A DNA stretch of 64,000 nt from Eledone cirrhosa. Its lineage: Eukaryota. The position numbers were made by a program, and so were the translations under genes. A model generated the notes under the pieces. It had not been told where the DNA came from. It did not search any database and saw only the letters and a list, made by a program, of their open reading frames with translations. Below are positions 1 through 12,621 of the stretch, in pieces; positions within the stretch are counted from its first letter, which is position 1; every line of letters begins with the position of its first letter. The stretch covers positions 381,982,001 to 382,046,000 of the forward strand of contig OZ024740.1 in assembly GCA_964016885.1 (NCBI GenBank), in the 5' to 3' direction.

Positions 1-227
1 CCCTATGTTCGGATTTCCGCGACCCTTCTTACGGCGTACTGTTGTAAGGAAGAAAGCGAAAGGAAACTCCTGACTCATGTAATAGCCTTATATTTTATTT
101 ATAAATATTTGACAAACGAAATGTATACATAACCGCGGTGAGACTTGAATTAAAAATGTAAATAGGATTCTATTATACGCTCTAAGAACTTTACTAATTC
201 GCCACATAACAAGATTATTATAATAAT

Positions 228-412
228 TGTTTCTACTTTAGGCACAAGGCGAGCAATTACCCAGAGCATTCCTGGTACTCTATTCTATCGACCCCGTAAG
301 GATGAAAGGCAAAGTCAACCTGGGCGGGATTTGAACTCAGATCGTAAAGGGACGTAACTATGTTGGAAAGCATGGCGTCCAACCCTCTACCGATACTGCC
401 AATCCACCGCCC
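228..412 (-). mobile_element. tRNA-derived SINE, full length
   Basis: The minus strand reads GGGCGGTGGATTGGCAGTATCGG (A-box-like) ... GAGTTCAAATCCCG (B box) ... GCCTTTCATCCTTACGGGGTCGATA...GTACCAG ... GCCTTGTGCCTAAAGTAGAAACA. About 13 copies occur in the window. AAGATTATTATAATAAT is repeated on both flanks. The central block resembles, from memory, the MetaSINE conserved domain (unverified). Confidence 0.9.
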
Positions 413-579
413 TATTATTAAGATTATTATAATAATAAATAATAACAATAACAGGAACAATAATGACAATACAATAATTATTGTAATTCTATCTGTATTG
501 CTTATAATACAAATTGTGCCATAGCAAAATATATATCGTTACAGCGCAATATATTTATGTCATAGCAAATTATATAACA

Positions 580-1900
580 CTAGCAGTTTAGCCAGGCATT
601 GCTCGGGTTTGTACATTTGCTATGAAAAGTTACATACAGGTAAACGTGGCTTGAAAGCAAATAAGCTTATCAATTAAGTGCATAAAGCAGTTGAACCGGT
701 TATTAAAAGTTACGAACCAATTAGCATTTTGGACAATCAATGATGGGTTAATAATCTTCCAATAGCGAATTTAGCAGACCAAAGTTGCAAGATGGTGGCC
801 CTGATGCCGCTGGGTGTCAGTTCTGTCCGCCATGGGTGACCCTACCAGGAAAAGGTTTTCTAGACGGCATAGCTCCAACACCTCCAACACCTGCACCAAC
901 ATCTATAGCACCTATTTGTAGCCGATATTGCGTATCATCCCTTGAGGAGTGTAGGCAAAAAGTCCATTCTTGCTCCCTACGCGGGAACAGGCTACATAAA
1001 GTTGGCCATGGGAGAAGCATGGCTCCCCCAAATGGATGCCCGCCACTGACAATGTTTGCCTTTGTGACTTGTTAATGGACATGGCAAAACATGGTCTCAC
1101 CGGGAATTGGGATCGCCGGAAATCGAACGGGGTATCTGACGCCGAGGAGAAAAGGTTCATAATTGGCAATGAATTCGGCAGAATTGCCAGAAGTACAACA
1201 CTATGGGTGTTGTCATATTAATATTTAACCCATGAAAGTCGTAAAAAATAAATAATTTAAACATTCCCATTCAAATGTCTATAGCATTAATCTGTTATAT
1301 GAAGTGTTTTTTTGCGGGTTGTTATTTGCAATAAGCCGATTTAAAATACCCCAGAAAAGCCGTATGTCAATACGGAACTCCAATGACTCCCCCAGCAGTT
1401 AAATTATAGAGAGGGGGAATAATCTGTTATAGAGAGAGGGAAGAGCGGAGGAGAGAGTAAAGCTAAGAAACTATAGGGAGGTGTGTTAAACCTCAAAGCG
1501 TGAAGAGAGTAAAGCAATTAAATTATAGAGAGGGGGAATGACCTATTATAGAGAGAAGAAAGAACGACGGAGAGAGCGTTATGACTATGTTTGTTGTTGT
1601 ATAAAATGATGTGTTGCTTAGTTTTCAAAGTTTATGTCGCGTTCCTGAACGTAATTTTGTCGATGTTGGGTAGTAGAGAGAGTGAATAAGCGTGTAAGAG
1701 AGAGGGTTAAAGAATGTATTTAGTTTCTCGATTTGTTTCATAGAAGCAGGAAATATTTGGCAAAGTTTATTACGCGATGACCATCGTTGGTAAATTTGGA
1801 GCACATTGGAATAAAAATCATAAAAATCGGTAGAGAAATGTGGAAATGCATAAAAATCATACACAACAGACAGACATCTTCTGTTTTATATATATAGAGA
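580..1900 (-). mobile_element. Non-autonomous Helitron with a RepHel helicase C-terminal remnant
   Basis: On the minus strand it starts TCTCTATATATATAAAA (1900) and ends CCCGAGCAATGCCTGGCTAAACTGCTAG (580), inserted between A and T. There is an internal diverged duplication (about 1394-1460 vs 1512-1577). Confidence 0.85.
912..1169 (-). pseudogene. Helitron PIF1-like helicase C-terminal fragment
   Basis: PFDFRRSQFPVRPCFAMSINKSQRQTL...PCFSHGQLYVACSRV matches PIF1/Helitron helicase motifs V-VI (QFP.R.AFAMTINKSQGQTL; FSHGQLYVA.SRV). Confidence 0.9.
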
Positions 1901-2310
1901 TTACAGAAGGTTTGTCAGAAACTACTCGATTTGATTTTTATCCGTGGTAATTAATGGTTTCTTATATTTTGGGGGGGTTTCTTATATATCCGTGGTAATT
2001 ATTGACGTCAAGTAGACGCTGTTTTTCAGCGTTGATCCTCATACATTCATATACAAGATTTAGCTTCTCATCTGATGCCGTGCAACAATGTTTAAAGCTA
2101 ATTTAATACTCTTTTAGAAATAAACACAACGCCCGTGTTAACGAGGATGAAACCAAGAACATATTTGGATGAAAAGTGACTTCATCTTCAATAAACTTTT
2201 TACACACGTTTTTCTATATATTCAAAACGTATCTCTAATTCTAGACAAAACATAGAGATACAGACAGACAGAGAGAGACACACACACATGTACCCAACAG
2301 GCATTATAAC

Positions 2311-2490
2311 TGTTTCTACCTTTGGCACAAGTCCAGCAATTACCCAGTACATTACTGGTACTTTATTTTATCGATCCCGTAAGGATGAAATGCAAAGTTA
2401 ACCTCGGTGGGATTTGAACTCAGAATGGCAAGGGCCGTAACTCTATGCGTCAAAGGATGGAGCCCGATCCTCTACCGATACTACCAATCC
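2311..2490 (-). mobile_element. tRNA-derived SINE copy
   Basis: Colinear with 228-412, including the B box and central domain. Confidence 0.88.
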
Positions 2491-3480
2491 AAGGCATGTT
2501 TCGAGAATGTTTTGAGATAAGATGAACTATTACGACACAGAATCGTTTGATTACAATTAATATATTAGTTAATTCAGTTTCGAAAAAGCACACGATATAT
2601 CTTATGGGCATCAGCATCTTTGTTAATGAGTGTTATTTTATGAAGTTCATATAAACTGAAGGCGAATTTTGAAACCTCTGGAATTCATAAGAACAAAATA
2701 ATTTTCGAAGTATTATGGGATCGAATTTGATTTACTTCCAAAATGTAGTAGCACTACAGATCTTATATAATACTGACGGATCGGAGTAATTCATCCTTGA
2801 ATTTCTAATTTTGTTTCAATTTCGTGTTAGAAATATGTTACGTTATATATAAAATCCTTCAGGATTCATACAAAAACAACTCCGTGTGTTATATGGAGTG
2901 TGAAACTAACTTGTGTCGATATAAAATAATATAGACACTACATAAGAACATATTTTGAAGTAAAATACAGAGAAATTTCATTTTACAGGCTAAGACACGT
3001 AAATATGATTATGAATTTTATGGAATAATTTAGTTCGGTAACAATTTCTTCCACAGCTTATTTACTTCATTCCCTGGGTTCCAGGAACATATCTTGCTGC
3101 TAATATGAATCAGAATATGTTTAAACTTGTATCACATGTGATTATGTTTTGAAACAGCCAGGCTAAAATTTCTTTAGTAAAAAAAATTCGGTGAAATATT
3201 CTATTTCTAATTTCAAACTCGCTTGCTGTTTCAAATCATACTTACTTGTCATTATACCTGCTAACAATGTGGCTTCTAAATTGAATGGAAGGGGTGGGTG
3301 ATGTGCTGGTGTAATGTTAGCACTGTAGTCTGATAACCAAAGATCTGGTTTCGCCTACCTTGTATGTCAATACTCATCCTTTCACATTTTTAGTGGATCC
3401 TACACCCCACTAACAGGCTAATATTTCTTTAGTCGAAGAATTACGGCGACAGCTTCTATTTCTAAATATATATATATATA

Positions 3481-4293
3481 TATACTATAAAGTATGTCCA
3501 TAGAATCATTTGATAATATATATATACCATTTCCTCTCCCAATTAGCCTAATTAACCACACAAAAAATCAATTAGACCAGGCTATAAGATTAAAAGGCAC
3601 CTATGAAGAAATAGTAGATAAATAAACGACAGCAATCTCTTCGCGGCCAACCGCCATAGAATATTTACCCAACATTTCATCACCACGTGGAAATCAATTA
3701 ATTATACCGTCAACCATACACAATTAGCTATAAAATTAAAGTTAGAAGAAATGCATATACACATACCAGGATTATATTCCTACCCTCGGGGTTCGTTCGT
3801 ATTTTGAAAATATCCTATTAAGGATAAAATCTCGAGCTTCGAACACATCAGGAAACAAACTCGTTAGGAAAGATTATATTCTTAAGTGATCCCCGCCAGA
3901 AATGAATTCAAAATGTCTAAGAATTGTGACGTGGAAGTGGTCAAGTCAGAAAGAATGTGATTGGTTGCTTACGGCGAGTGGGCTGGTTGCTAGAAAGCGC
4001 AGCCCAATATTGCCCAAATTGCATCTCAACCTTATGGGAGATTATTAAATATAAAGATTTACATATACACAAACTAGACAATGTCACAGATATATATGTG
4101 TTTTGGCAACCATTCACGATGTGGCCTAATGATGAATTAATAAATTAAATAATCAGAGCAATATACTATAAAGTATGTCCATAGAATCATTTGATAATAT
4201 ATATATACCATTTCCTCTCCCAATTAGCGTAATTAACCACACAAAAAATCAATTAGACCAGGCTATAAGATTAAAAGGCACCTATGAAGAAAT
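3481..4293 (-). mobile_element. PLE/retrozyme-like insert with ~131-bp terminal direct repeats
   Basis: 3481-3612 is nearly identical to 4162-4293 (period about 681 nt). (TA)n flanks both sides. A degenerate hammerhead lies at 3776-3856 on the minus strand. Confidence 0.6.
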
Positions 4294-4308
4294 ATATATA
4301 TATATATA

Positions 4309-4592
4309 TATTGGTAAACGGAAAAGAAAATGCTGACAAATTGTTCACAGTGAAAAATAGTTTAATTAGGAATAAGTGAGAATTAGTAATAGTATTGGTT
4401 AGTATTCAGTTTTGGTTTTAAGTTTTACCGGTTGCGCATTTCTAATGCTTTTCAAAAATAATTTTGAGATAGAGCGTCCGTGATGTTTGCTCTAATCCTG
4501 CAGATTAGAGCAAACATCACGGACAGTTTGTCAGCATTTTCTTTTCCGTTTACCAATATATCATAACTTGTGTGTTACACCTCTATTCTTTG

Positions 4593-4595
<3 letters not shown>
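4309..4595. mobile_element. Fold-back insert (PLE pLTR-like) between (TA)n tracts
   Basis: A ~35-bp inverted repeat (4309-4344 / 4524-4558) encloses a perfect 22-bp hairpin GTCCGTGATGTTTGCTCTAATC-CTGCA-GATTAGAGCAAACATCACGGAC (4476-4524). A short unpaired tail runs to 4595. Confidence 0.6.
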
Positions 4596-4849
<254 letters not shown>

Positions 4850-5085
4850 CTGGACAGTGTTTGGCTTGTGTCAGACGCTGTAATGCCGGGGGGACCATCA
4901 GTACCGTTGGTAGGGTTAGAAACTGTCGATTTCCACCTCAACTGCAGATGGCCATCCAATTATGTGTCCTTCGTTTCTAATTTTATTTTAAAAGAATAAT
5001 TTTTTAATGTTTACCCTTAAAAAAATTGTTGTTCATTTTGCCTTGTTTCCGTTCGTTTCCTTCTACTCTCTTTGATACTTTTCTC

Positions 5086-5187
<102 letters not shown>

Positions 5188-5192
5188 ATATA

Positions 5193-5223
<31 letters not shown>

Positions 5224-5225
5224 TA

Positions 5226-5760
5226 TAAACGGTAAAAATGAAACGAAATTTCATTTCCCTCTCTTAGTACGGCTGTTACTTAAATATAAGTACGTACACG
5301 TACATACATATATGTTACAGACGTACAGTAGTATGAATATATATATACATACATGCCCACATATATATTTGTACGTATAGATTCACCGAACATTTATTAT
5401 AATGCTCGGTGTGTTTGTAAACAAACATCCCGTATTAAGCTGTAGTGTCTAGCAACCATCGTTGCTCGTTTGTTCAACACTGACAAAGGAACGCTGTACT
5501 AGTTTCAAGCTTATTAGCTATCGTCAGCAACGTACACCTTCCTGCCAGATTGTTGAACGTATATACTAACCTTATGCATATTAACGGCTGAGTAGCCCAA
5601 TTTGCATATCGAGTGGGTTAATCAGCCGGGTACACCGAAAGCGATAAACGGAAAAAATGAAACGAAATTTCATTTCCCACTCTTAGTACGGCTGTTACTT
5701 AAATATAAGTATGTACACGTACATACATATATGTATACAGACGTACAGTAGTATGTATAT
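5226..5760 (-). mobile_element. Hammerhead-bearing ~420-nt unit present as ~1.3 tandem copies (non-LTR retrozyme / PLE pLTR-like)
   Basis: 5226-5340 is repeated at 5646-5760. (TA)n flanks both sides. A homologue lies at 29734-30282. Confidence 0.75.
5491..5533 (-). ncRNA. Minimal type I hammerhead ribozyme
   Basis: Minus strand: ACGTTG CTGACGA tAGCT-aata-AGCTt GAAA CTAG TA CAGCGT. Stem I is 6 bp, the core is intact, loop III is palindromic (CTAG) and the cleavage triplet is GUA. Confidence 0.8.
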
Positions 5761-5783
5761 ATATATATGTATGTATATATATA

Positions 5784-5814
<31 letters not shown>

Positions 5815-6090
5815 TAATAACCACGGAAAATTATTTTTCTGTACTGTAAAACTCATTCTTTGACATAATCATTGAATATCTTTTAATACTTTTATATATA
5901 TATATAGTATTTACGTATCGAGAAAGAGAAAAACAGGGGGGATAGGTGATAGATATTGTTATTTGTCAAGTAGCTTATGCCAAAGGTGCTCGATACTAGT
6001 GCCGGCAGTATTAAATATTCGAAGTGTTAATATTTAGTGGGCTAGAGAGTTAGCAGAGCGGTCTATTCTCCGATTTTTTTACTTTCCCAC

Positions 6091-6129
<39 letters not shown>

Positions 6130-8093
6130 CGCTTGCAATTACAAACATACTAAATTATATAGGACTGCTTCGCTACTTGAAAGTTTGGTTAATCAATTAC
6201 AGAAATTGCTAACCAAAATATTTGGAACATAATCTGTTCCAATAATTATCTGTCTCAACAGGTTATGATTATACATTGTCTGAAAATTAGTCTCTTTATT
6301 GGCTTGAGCAACATAATAAATTCCATTAATTTTATATTATGAAAATATAATGAACGATCACTTTCAATAATACTAAGGAATGATAAACCTAGACAATAAT
6401 ATAATCAGATTGAGATCTTGACTAATTAGGCATTGGTCACTGCAGTAAAGTCCCTTTCAGGTTATCATACTCAATCCTAATTTGTGTAAAACAAATACAT
6501 AAAAATAACTATTTATTAATAATCATGAACATCTGTATGAAATATTTTAAGGATATCGAAAGATATCCAGTGAACGCATTGCTTGCGAAATAGTTCATAT
6601 TTTCTATTACATATTGCAATTTGTCTTTTACCGGTGATTGTTAATATACTCGAGTGAAAGTGATGGGGCCGTATCTAGCAAGTTTACAGCAAAGTGAAAG
6701 TTTTAACGCATGTTTAATTTATTGATTTATACGTATAAGGAATGATGACTTACATTCCCTATCTTTAAGCAAGTTTGATGTGTTAGATATAATTGGTAAT
6801 GGATTTGTCACATTACCAACATATCTTGCTTTACAATGAAGAGAACTCTATCAATATTTGTAATGTCGTGTAGATGTATATCCTGTCTAACCGAGTAGAC
6901 TTATGGTCAAATACGTCCCAACGGTGTCATTCTTATCTTTTGTGTTCATATCAGACGATGAATATAAAACCGCATTATCAAATGACTCTTTACTTCTAAG
7001 AACGTAATTTAAAGGATATTTGTCTACAAATTGTAATCGGCTTAGTGGAGCGATAACAAAGAATCTCCTTCATCGTGTCAGAATTTTTGTCCACTCATTT
7101 ATCAAATCTTACTGGTATAGCTTAGCTGCTATCAATTAAGATGCACGATGGAGATTCTTATTTCTGAGATTAAACAGATTAAGCAGCTTTCACTAAAGAG
7201 TAAGAAAAGGTAGCTATCCATCGAAATACGACTGTCACCTTCTATCGATTTACTTCACATTACACAACTTCTATGTCTTTTTAACAATGATATTGAGGGT
7301 GACATCACATTAGGAAATACTAATCCTTCACTATTTTGCACTCTTTTACTTATATATTTCTTATATTTACTCGATATTAACCAATATTCTTGATACTTAT
7401 ATTTCAATGTGAGCGTAAATTGTTAATTCATTTACCGAGCTACTACCAATATCGATTAAAGAAATAGTAACAAATAAATAAAAATCTGTATAACAAGTTC
7501 TTCAAACTCATACGCCGAATATTTGCAGTAGGAGATGACAGATGAAATTACAAAGGGGTGTAATTTATTTTCAACTGGAGCGGTAATTTTGGCTCTTTTC
7601 CCAATCATTTTGCTATCGGCAGGTTTGTTGTCTTACGGACGTGAAAGACATATTTCTGCGATATTGGCATTGTGTCTAATACTTATTATTAGAAATTATT
7701 ATTTTATAGTCAATCGCTTCCCCACCTGTAATCTAATCGGTAGTCGGTACTCTTTTAATAGAACTGACTACAGCTATGTGAAAGGAAAATTACATACTGC
7801 GGCAGACAGAATGACTTAATTTAAAACACGCATTAAGGTTTCAAGAAGAAAAAGGCCTGTTTAGAGCAAATCACTGTGTGCTTGTGCTTACATGTACACA
7901 AATATTACTAGACGCGTATGAATTTATGTATGAAAATCTGTAACAAGTATCCCCATAATAATATATGTATATAATTCAATAGGTTAGAAATATGCAATTA
8001 TTCATATATATACTTATAAAAATTAGTATATGGATTGATCTAATCACCTATGTAGAGAAACTCACATTCACCACACACACACACGCACATACA

Positions 8094-8186
<93 letters not shown>

Positions 8187-8633
8187 TATATATATGTGTG
8201 TGTGTATGTGAGTGTATGTGCATGTATTTATGCGTGTGTGTGTTCTTTATGTGTGTGTGTGTGGATGAATATGTGCATTTATGTGTACGTATATATGTTT
8301 AGGTGGGTGTATATGCGATTGAATTAACTCGACGTTCTTGGGGTATTGATCATTTTGTTTCCATGTCTCTTGGCAATGATGGCGAAAAACGAAAACTATG
8401 AAATATTGCAAAAGTTCAGAAAGAAAACACGTGGCCACCTTTAGAGTGATTTTCATATTATACGAAGTGAGAGAGGGTGGGGAGATAGCGTCACAGAGAG
8501 AGAAAGAGAGGGAGAGATAGAGGAGGGGGAGTAGGAAGATAAAGAGAGGGAGGGATAAGTGTTGTGCAGTAAGATGTAATACATTCAGCCGTAAATATAG
8601 ACGTCTATACATACTGAAGTACATGCCTATGTT

Positions 8634-8679
<46 letters not shown>

Positions 8680-8687
8680 CTGAATAC

Positions 8688-9050
8688 AATAAATGTAATC
8701 TGAGTTTTTCGAATATTAATAATAATATACGATTTGTTTGCAGTTATGCAAACAGCCTCTGTTTTAAGCCATGTCAGAAGAACGAACCCTTCATTCTTGC
8801 TCTTGTGTTGGCATGTAAACAGAACTGCAGACGCTAATGTTTCTGGCCGAATACCCTTGAGCAGTAAACTGAACTGATGAAGGGTAATCACCCAGAAACA
8901 TTAGTGACTGCAGTTCTGTTTACATGCCAACACAAGAGCAAGAATGAAGGGTTCATTCTACTGACATGGCTTAAAAAAGAGGTTGTTTGCATAACTGCAA
9001 AAAAATTGAATATTATTATTAACATTCGAAAAACCCAGATTACATTTATT
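8688..9050. mobile_element. Head-to-head inverted pLTR-like insert with a central hammerhead
   Basis: The ~160-bp arms 8688-8846 and 8892-9050 are reverse complements. (TA)n lies on the left and (TC)n(TA)n on the right. Confidence 0.75.
8867..8915 (+). ncRNA. Hammerhead ribozyme motif (mutated cleavage site in this arm)
   Basis: AACTGAA CTGATGA aGGGT-aatc-ACCCa GAAA CATTAGTG AC TGCAGTT. The mirror arm reads GAAACATTAGC-GTC-TGCAGTT, which restores GUC. Confidence 0.65.
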
Positions 9051-9055
9051 CTCTC

Positions 9056-9206
<151 letters not shown>

Positions 9207-9311
9207 ATAGACAGACACACGCATACACATTCACACGCACACACGCATGCATACACACACACACACACATATATATATATATTATATATTATATATAATG
9301 TATATAAATAG

Positions 9312-9766
<455 letters not shown>

Positions 9767-9823
9767 TAACAGATTAAAGTTATCGAACCCTCTTTGGATT
9801 TTAGTCTTCAAATTTATTATTAT

Positions 9824-9859
<36 letters not shown>

Positions 9860-9903
9860 AAGTTAAATAAAAGTCAAATGATTAAAATTTAGCTTCGTTT
9901 ATT

Positions 9904-9958
9904 ACTGCTACATATATTTCAGTGACAGCCATCTTTGGCTGTGACCTCTTCAGGCAGT
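9904..9958 (-). ncRNA. Type I hammerhead ribozyme (mirror copy)
   Basis: Minus strand: ACTGC CTGAAGA GGTCACAGCC-AAAGAT-GGCTGTCACT GAAA TATATG TA GCAGT. Confidence 0.75.
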
Positions 9959-10193
9959 TTGAATTAGTATGGTATAGACAAGTACATATGTTGTTTAGGT
10001 GTATAATATTGCCAATACTCTGATATGCCCAGTTCCTTGTTGGGTTGTTAATTCACTGAGGAACTGGAGTCATATGATATTACTCCAGTTCCTCAGTGAA
10101 TTAACAACCCAACAAGGAACTGGGCATATCAGAGTATTGACAATAATATACACCTAAACAACATATGTACTTGTCTATACCATACTAATTCAA

Positions 10194-10248
10194 ACTGCCT
10201 GAAGATGTCACAGCCAAAGATGGCTGTCACTGAAATATATATAGCAGT
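10194..10248 (+). ncRNA. Type I hammerhead ribozyme
   Basis: ACTGC CTGAAGA tGTcACAGCC-aaagat-GGCTGTcACt GAAA TATATA TA GCAGT. Stem I is ACTGC/GCAGT and loop III is palindromic. Confidence 0.8.
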
Positions 10249-11263
10249 AATAAACGAAGCTAAATTTTAATCATTTGACTTTTATTTAACTTTATATTAC
10301 ACTACTCCGGAGTAACCAAACTAAGCTGCGCACTTCGTCGAGTGCTCCAGCCTGCATACTTAGGTGTTGGTATACAACCAACATAAACTCAAAATCTATA
10401 TATATATATATATATATACGCTCCAGGGTGTTGCTTTTGCGCTTAAATTACATATTCTGTGTATATAGCAAATATATTTTATGGTTGTAACTTAAAGCGT
10501 TTAAGTTGAGGAATGAGCTATACTTGCGTAATTTCCAGCTTGCTACATGCTATGTAAGACAAATATTTACAGTTTCATTGTAGTCTACACAAAAGAATAG
10601 CCGACAATTATAAGCCTTTCATCATTATTTGTATTTTTATTTTATTTCTTTATTCATCTGTATGATGTTGTTAACGAGGGATACCGAAATAGCGATATAT
10701 CTTCCAGTCTGTGGAGATTAAGCTGAATGATCCATTCCCATGATATGCAACAATAATGTTTCAAGCGTGTGTATTTCATAAAGAAATCCTAAACGGACGG
10801 TAGTCCGTTTAGTAATATTGTTGTGGTCGTGTTTTCGTTGGCAATATGTTAGATTAGTGAATCGTTATCAAGCATTCAGATGACAAATCTACTAATAATG
10901 TCCAGGGATCAAGCAAGCAATTTGCACAGTTAATTGCGCGTTGAAAATTATTGGATGAAACATTCACCAGGAATATAGTCAATAGCATGATGAATGATTT
11001 CCGAAGTGGTTGAAAGTTAAAATACATTTCATCGAAAAAATATAAAATGTTCAGAGGCATTTTATAATCTATCAAAAGATTGTAGCACCAAGCAATGTTT
11101 ATTTTTTAAAGGTGTTTGTTTTAATATTGTGTATGAAGGAGAGCTTGTTTAGATGACATGGAAATTGCTGATAAAGAACACTATTTCATTAAAATGGAAC
11201 ATGTCGTATGCGCACATGTTGTATTTCTCTCTCTCTCTCCGTCTCTCCCTCTCTCTCTCCCTC

Positions 11264-11354
<91 letters not shown>

Positions 11355-11360
<6 letters not shown>

Positions 11361-12047
11361 TCTTTAAAGCGAAGAATTACCGAGGATGGTTGGAAGATCA
11401 CTGATGAAGGACCAACTTTATGCATATGTAACCCATTTTAACCACGCAGCACGTTTATTCTCATATTTACACATATATTTTCCCCCGCTGTGACCCGTCT
11501 ATTTCGTTCTTACTGATTCCTCTTTCTCTGTATCTTTACCCTCTCTAACAGTCACTGTCTCTGTTAGCCTTCACTCACTCACTCTCTGTTACTACCTCTC
11601 TTCCTCCTCCTTCTTCCCGATTGACCTGTGCGTAATTCTTTTATTTCGCACGCTTGGCCAGGCCGGTTCCCCTTTTTTCTCTCTCTCGTCTACGATTTCA
11701 TAGAACTTATGTTCACCGAAGACTTCACGGACTAGACTCCTTCTTCCTCCCGTTTGACCTGTGTGGAATACCTTCCTTGCTCACATTTCAACCAGGTTTG
11801 ATGGTCTTTATTCTCTCTCATTCACGATTTCAGCGAACTTATATTCATGGAAATTTGGGACTTGACTCGTTCTTCCTCACTTTTCGTTGCTTCACCATCT
11901 TTGTTTGATTACACTCTCGCTGTTCCCTCTTTTTACGTGTCCCAACGACTTTCTTTAGCCGTTGCTCGCACCAACCGGAGGTATATGGTCTTTAAAGCGA
12001 AGAATTACCGAGGATGGTTGGAAGATCACTGATGAAGGACCAACTTC
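11355..12047 (+). mobile_element. (TA)n-bounded repeat with ~64-bp terminal direct repeats containing CTGATGA
   Basis: 11355-11418 is identical to 11984-12047. The interior is pyrimidine-rich and homologous to 21965-22750 and 54118-54864. Confidence 0.6.
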
Positions 12048-12048
12048 A

Positions 12049-12106
<58 letters not shown>

Positions 12107-12185
12107 TATATATAAGCAACATGATGAAAGAGAGGAAGAGAAAAAGTGGGTAAAAAATTCAAATATAGCTATCTGTACACACTGA

Positions 12186-12216
<31 letters not shown>

Positions 12217-12262
12217 TCATTCAAAATATTAACAAAAATAGAACTTCATTGTGATCAAGTAT

Positions 12263-12327
12263 ATTTTATTAAACATATTTCAGAGGTACTGAGCTAACTT
12301 CAACAGTACGTTCTCATCAGATAAAAT
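12263..12327 (-). ncRNA. Type I hammerhead ribozyme (mirror copy)
   Basis: Minus strand: ATTTTAT CTGATGA GAACGTACTG...CAGTACCTCT GAAA TATGTT TA ATAAAAT. Stem I is 7 bp. Confidence 0.65.
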
Positions 12328-12556
12328 AAGATGATGCATGACATACCCTGATATAGTAGATGGTTAAAATCATGTAAATTACTGTTATGTATTTTTAAGC
12401 TTTCTTAAACGCACCCTCTGTATTATATGTATTATATGTATGTTTTTTCATGTATCAATCTTAAGGTATATACATATTGAGTTTTGTCATATCTTACTCA
12501 CTACCATGACTAGATCTTAACCATCTTCTATGTCAGGATATGTCATGCATCATCTT

Positions 12557-12621
12557 ATTTTATCTGATGAGGACGTACTGTCGAAGTTAGCTCAGTACCT
12601 CTGAAATATGTATAATATAAT
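12557..12621 (+). ncRNA. Type I hammerhead ribozyme
   Basis: ATTTTAT CTGATGA GGACGTACTG-tcgaagttagct-CAGTACCTCT GAAA TATGTA TA ATATAAT. Confidence 0.7.

Larger units (their letters stand above)
9855..10397. mobile_element. Palindromic PLE pLTR-type insert with two opposed hammerheads and a ~100-nt tail
   Basis: The arms 9855-10070 and 10082-10297 are near-perfect reverse complements with an ~11-nt loop. The tail is 10298-10397. (TA)n flanks both sides. The same family occurs at 57050-57272. Confidence 0.85.

Noticed and set aside
228-412. tRNA genes at the B-box matches
   Set aside because: They do not form a cloverleaf. They are SINE heads followed by the SINE body and TSDs.
7535-7819. 94-aa hydrophobic ORF
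   Set aside because: It has no recognisable motif and no convincing splice context. Hydrophobic ORFs arise readily in T-rich DNA.
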